Assembly (NCBI GenBank): GCA_029762535.1
Contig: JARVGK010000009.1
Coordinates: 1-64,000 of the forward strand
Length of the DNA stretch: 64,000 nt
Reading direction: 5' to 3'
Source: Thermoplasmatota archaeon
GTDB taxonomy: Archaea > Thermoplasmatota > Penumbrarchaeia > Penumbrarchaeales > Penumbrarchaeaceae
Within the stretch, counting starts at the first letter, position 1; each line of letters begins with the position of its first letter. Position numbers and translations under genes: made by a program. The notes below the pieces were generated by a model. That model was not told the DNA's origin and did no database searches. It saw nothing but the letters and a program-made list of their open reading frames with translations. Below, one piece after another: positions 63,001 through 64,000 of the stretch.

Positions 63001-64000
63001 TTTTATATATTGTTTTGTTTCATAATCAACATCATCAAAATCAATACAGTTACCTGAAATGCCGTTATTATCCCAATTTGGATTAAAATTCTGCAAATAA
63101 TAGATTGTTGAATCATCAATGTTATCAGGATATGTATCATTTTCATCGACATAAATATAATATAAATCATTATTTTGATCATATCCCATTCCTTTAACTT
63201 CCTTTTCCATTCCTTGATTCGTACCTCCTATTATAGTGACATGAGCATCATAAAGAGGGAAACCGAACGGATAACATGCATATTTATATATCTTATAATC
63301 ATTATCTGAAGTATCTAATGTATTGGCAGCGCGATACATCAATGATTCTCCGAGATAAGCATTATTATTGAAATTAGTTTGATCTGATGATAATGGACCT
63401 CCACCTTCATTGAAATCAAGTTTCAAAACAGGTAATTCTAAATTTATTGGACGATATTTAGTAATAGGAGATTTATAAGAACACATAGTAAATTCATCCA
63501 AAATACCTCTAAAAAATTCATCACCATCACTTCCCAAATATAAAGAATGATATTGTCCGGGACCGGTGTTATTAAAATAATATAACGGATCACCCTGTAT
63601 AATTGAAGAATCATATAATACTCCATCTAAATATATACCAATCATTGGTTCTTGTATATTATCAAGCTGCATATGCAACCCTATTGTTGACCAAGTGTTT
63701 TCTTTATTTAAGTAAGGAGTACTAACAATATTCTCATATAAATTGCCATTATAGTAACTGTTAAATATTAATTTATATCTAATAACTTTTATGTTAGCAT
63801 CCTTTTCTATGATAAGTTTCCAAGATTCATAAGATATGATTAATGAAGTCGTTTCTACATCCATAAAATAAGGAAATACCATTATTTCAATGTGGATATT
63901 ATTATCGTACATACTATATGGATGATAAATATGATATTCAAAACCATTATTATTAAATTCAAACGCTCTTCCGTAGGGCGTAGTAGAGACAATAGATGGA
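60058..64000 (-). CDS. very large LamG/ConA-like multi-domain protein with a C-terminal clan CD (C13/caspase-like) peptidase; 5' end outside window
   Basis: LamG motifs (W.H...Y..MYING, F.G.LDE), IFIELRNHG and LLLDFCYSGGF catalytic-dyad motifs; frame stays open from 63912 to 64000; strongly AT-rich. Confidence 0.75.
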   Translation of the reverse strand, partial: PSIVSTTPYGRAFEFNNNGFEYHIYHPYSMYDNNIHIEIMVFPYFMDVETTSLIISYESWKLIIEKDANIKVIRYKLIFNSYYNGNLYENIVSTPYLNKENTWSTIGLHMQLDNIQEPMIGIYLDGVLYDSSIIQGDPLYYFNNTGPGQYHSLYLGSDGDEFFRGILDEFTMCSYKSPITKYRPINLELPVLKLDFNEGGGPLSSDQTNFNNNAYLGESLMYRAANTLDTSDNDYKIYKYACYPFGFPLYDAHVTIIGGTNQGMEKEVKGMGYDQNNDLYYIYVDENDTYPDNIDDSTIYYLQNFNPNWDNNGISGNCIDFDDVDYETKQYIKIPYNNSFNIKSEMTMKFDIKPFSNDRIIFSNINDQLYIDPQYRAGQFQAMITNNNKLKIDVVKDIGNIDYGKIISITSNSTLTMEKWYKIQFILKDQMGYIYINGQLDKSKDLGVINLYPAEEDIFIGSRGNEYGYHGMLDNFEIYNYALKVNIIKQHFTFDDGSITIDSSYFSEDCEIGMIGEGPTINNNGKYGKCVFFNSNNDYLVGNVFIPRVHTFEAWIKIIDTNDDQIISVCPYSSENYQNYPVVFGLKYEQMGNRYRLYIQTSTESIIYSKGFLSKNYDWTHVAYSIEGKNSPHYLYDTINMYINGFWDSKHFCYYSGNDPIIFEENLVQTEINKYYIGGCPDNIWGDIYQTPFFHGFMDEVIITSGYKNFREDRDSDGISDCYEISRSYNSIQYNSMIHNSRIAILMAPIFHPKEIQFTYDITMMRHYLSSNGWKDEDVLFMSFYFDLTPEEFQGEWIYDTDDNKYKNSGSDTAYWLDGCPYKGCLKNILDALEYGGPACIYHQKTTYHEGGVEINERIDEYHIVPKLDENDIIFIELRNHGVGYKDDPRYNGDVNDNSIWDKNSEEWDFGWRNGRCRTVLNGDENHYDEHEDFADISEQEFAIELYYFMRTTLQEQVGPGIPLNNDPIEFPDIKGDPNFCWLFDINHDSIMEEIYLVQNLNEWWWRLYINGTFREVNHTNGYNPMGNDQWDAQVKAAWIDENNTMHYCYDYNSTSRILHLTGVDLNQDDIHAEGDRQGEFSLAYIEDLDDYIDIDEGFATHEFVEDDPFRKFDYVGLSDDLDYDSIVGGRFQIFKYIWWDTDLKEELENISYKESILLLDFCYSGGFVNDLKEISSIIMTSSRETDTSYRYNVMFYSRIKGENEANYYIENELFGEDRGNHLTQEDPWGRDVLNADGVSSVNNNRDIIWDQYLIDYIISFNEAAYFTSACLANKDSDMFVCPWNKKWPSPIDEWKTAPIIYIDNGPARQLYL

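Overview
Archaeal chromosomal DNA, most consistent with Thermoplasmatota: archaeal ribosomal proteins, RadA, pelota, archease and TFB sit alongside a bacterial-type gyrase. 1-36 kb is mainly housekeeping: rpl18e-rpl13-rps9, gyrBA, a complete group 3b [NiFe] sulfhydrogenase operon with its protease, gltX, IMPase/FBPase and NAD kinase, tRNA-Gly(CCC), radA, archease, pelota, a serA-like dehydrogenase, msrA, a YgiQ radical SAM enzyme and a divergent TFB. A candidate replication origin (two inverted ORB boxes around an AT-rich core, no cdc6 in the window) lies at about 21.67-22.03 kb. A perfect 22-bp alternating purine-pyrimidine tract abuts the gyrBA TATA box. Structured elements with tRNA T-arm-like ends occur at 0.36-0.65 kb and 23.3-23.7 kb. 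36-46 kb holds an EF-hand surface-protein/regulator cluster and a photolyase-carotenoid operon. 47-64 kb is an accessory island. In it, three toxin-antitoxin pairs (AbiE-like, VapBC, HEPN/MNT) alternate with two paralogous giant surface-protein genes, punctuated by a recurring ~35-bp direct repeat and palindromic operators. It ends in an AT-rich LamG/clan CD peptidase gene that runs off the window. All protein calls come from motif recognition by eye; no database searches were run.
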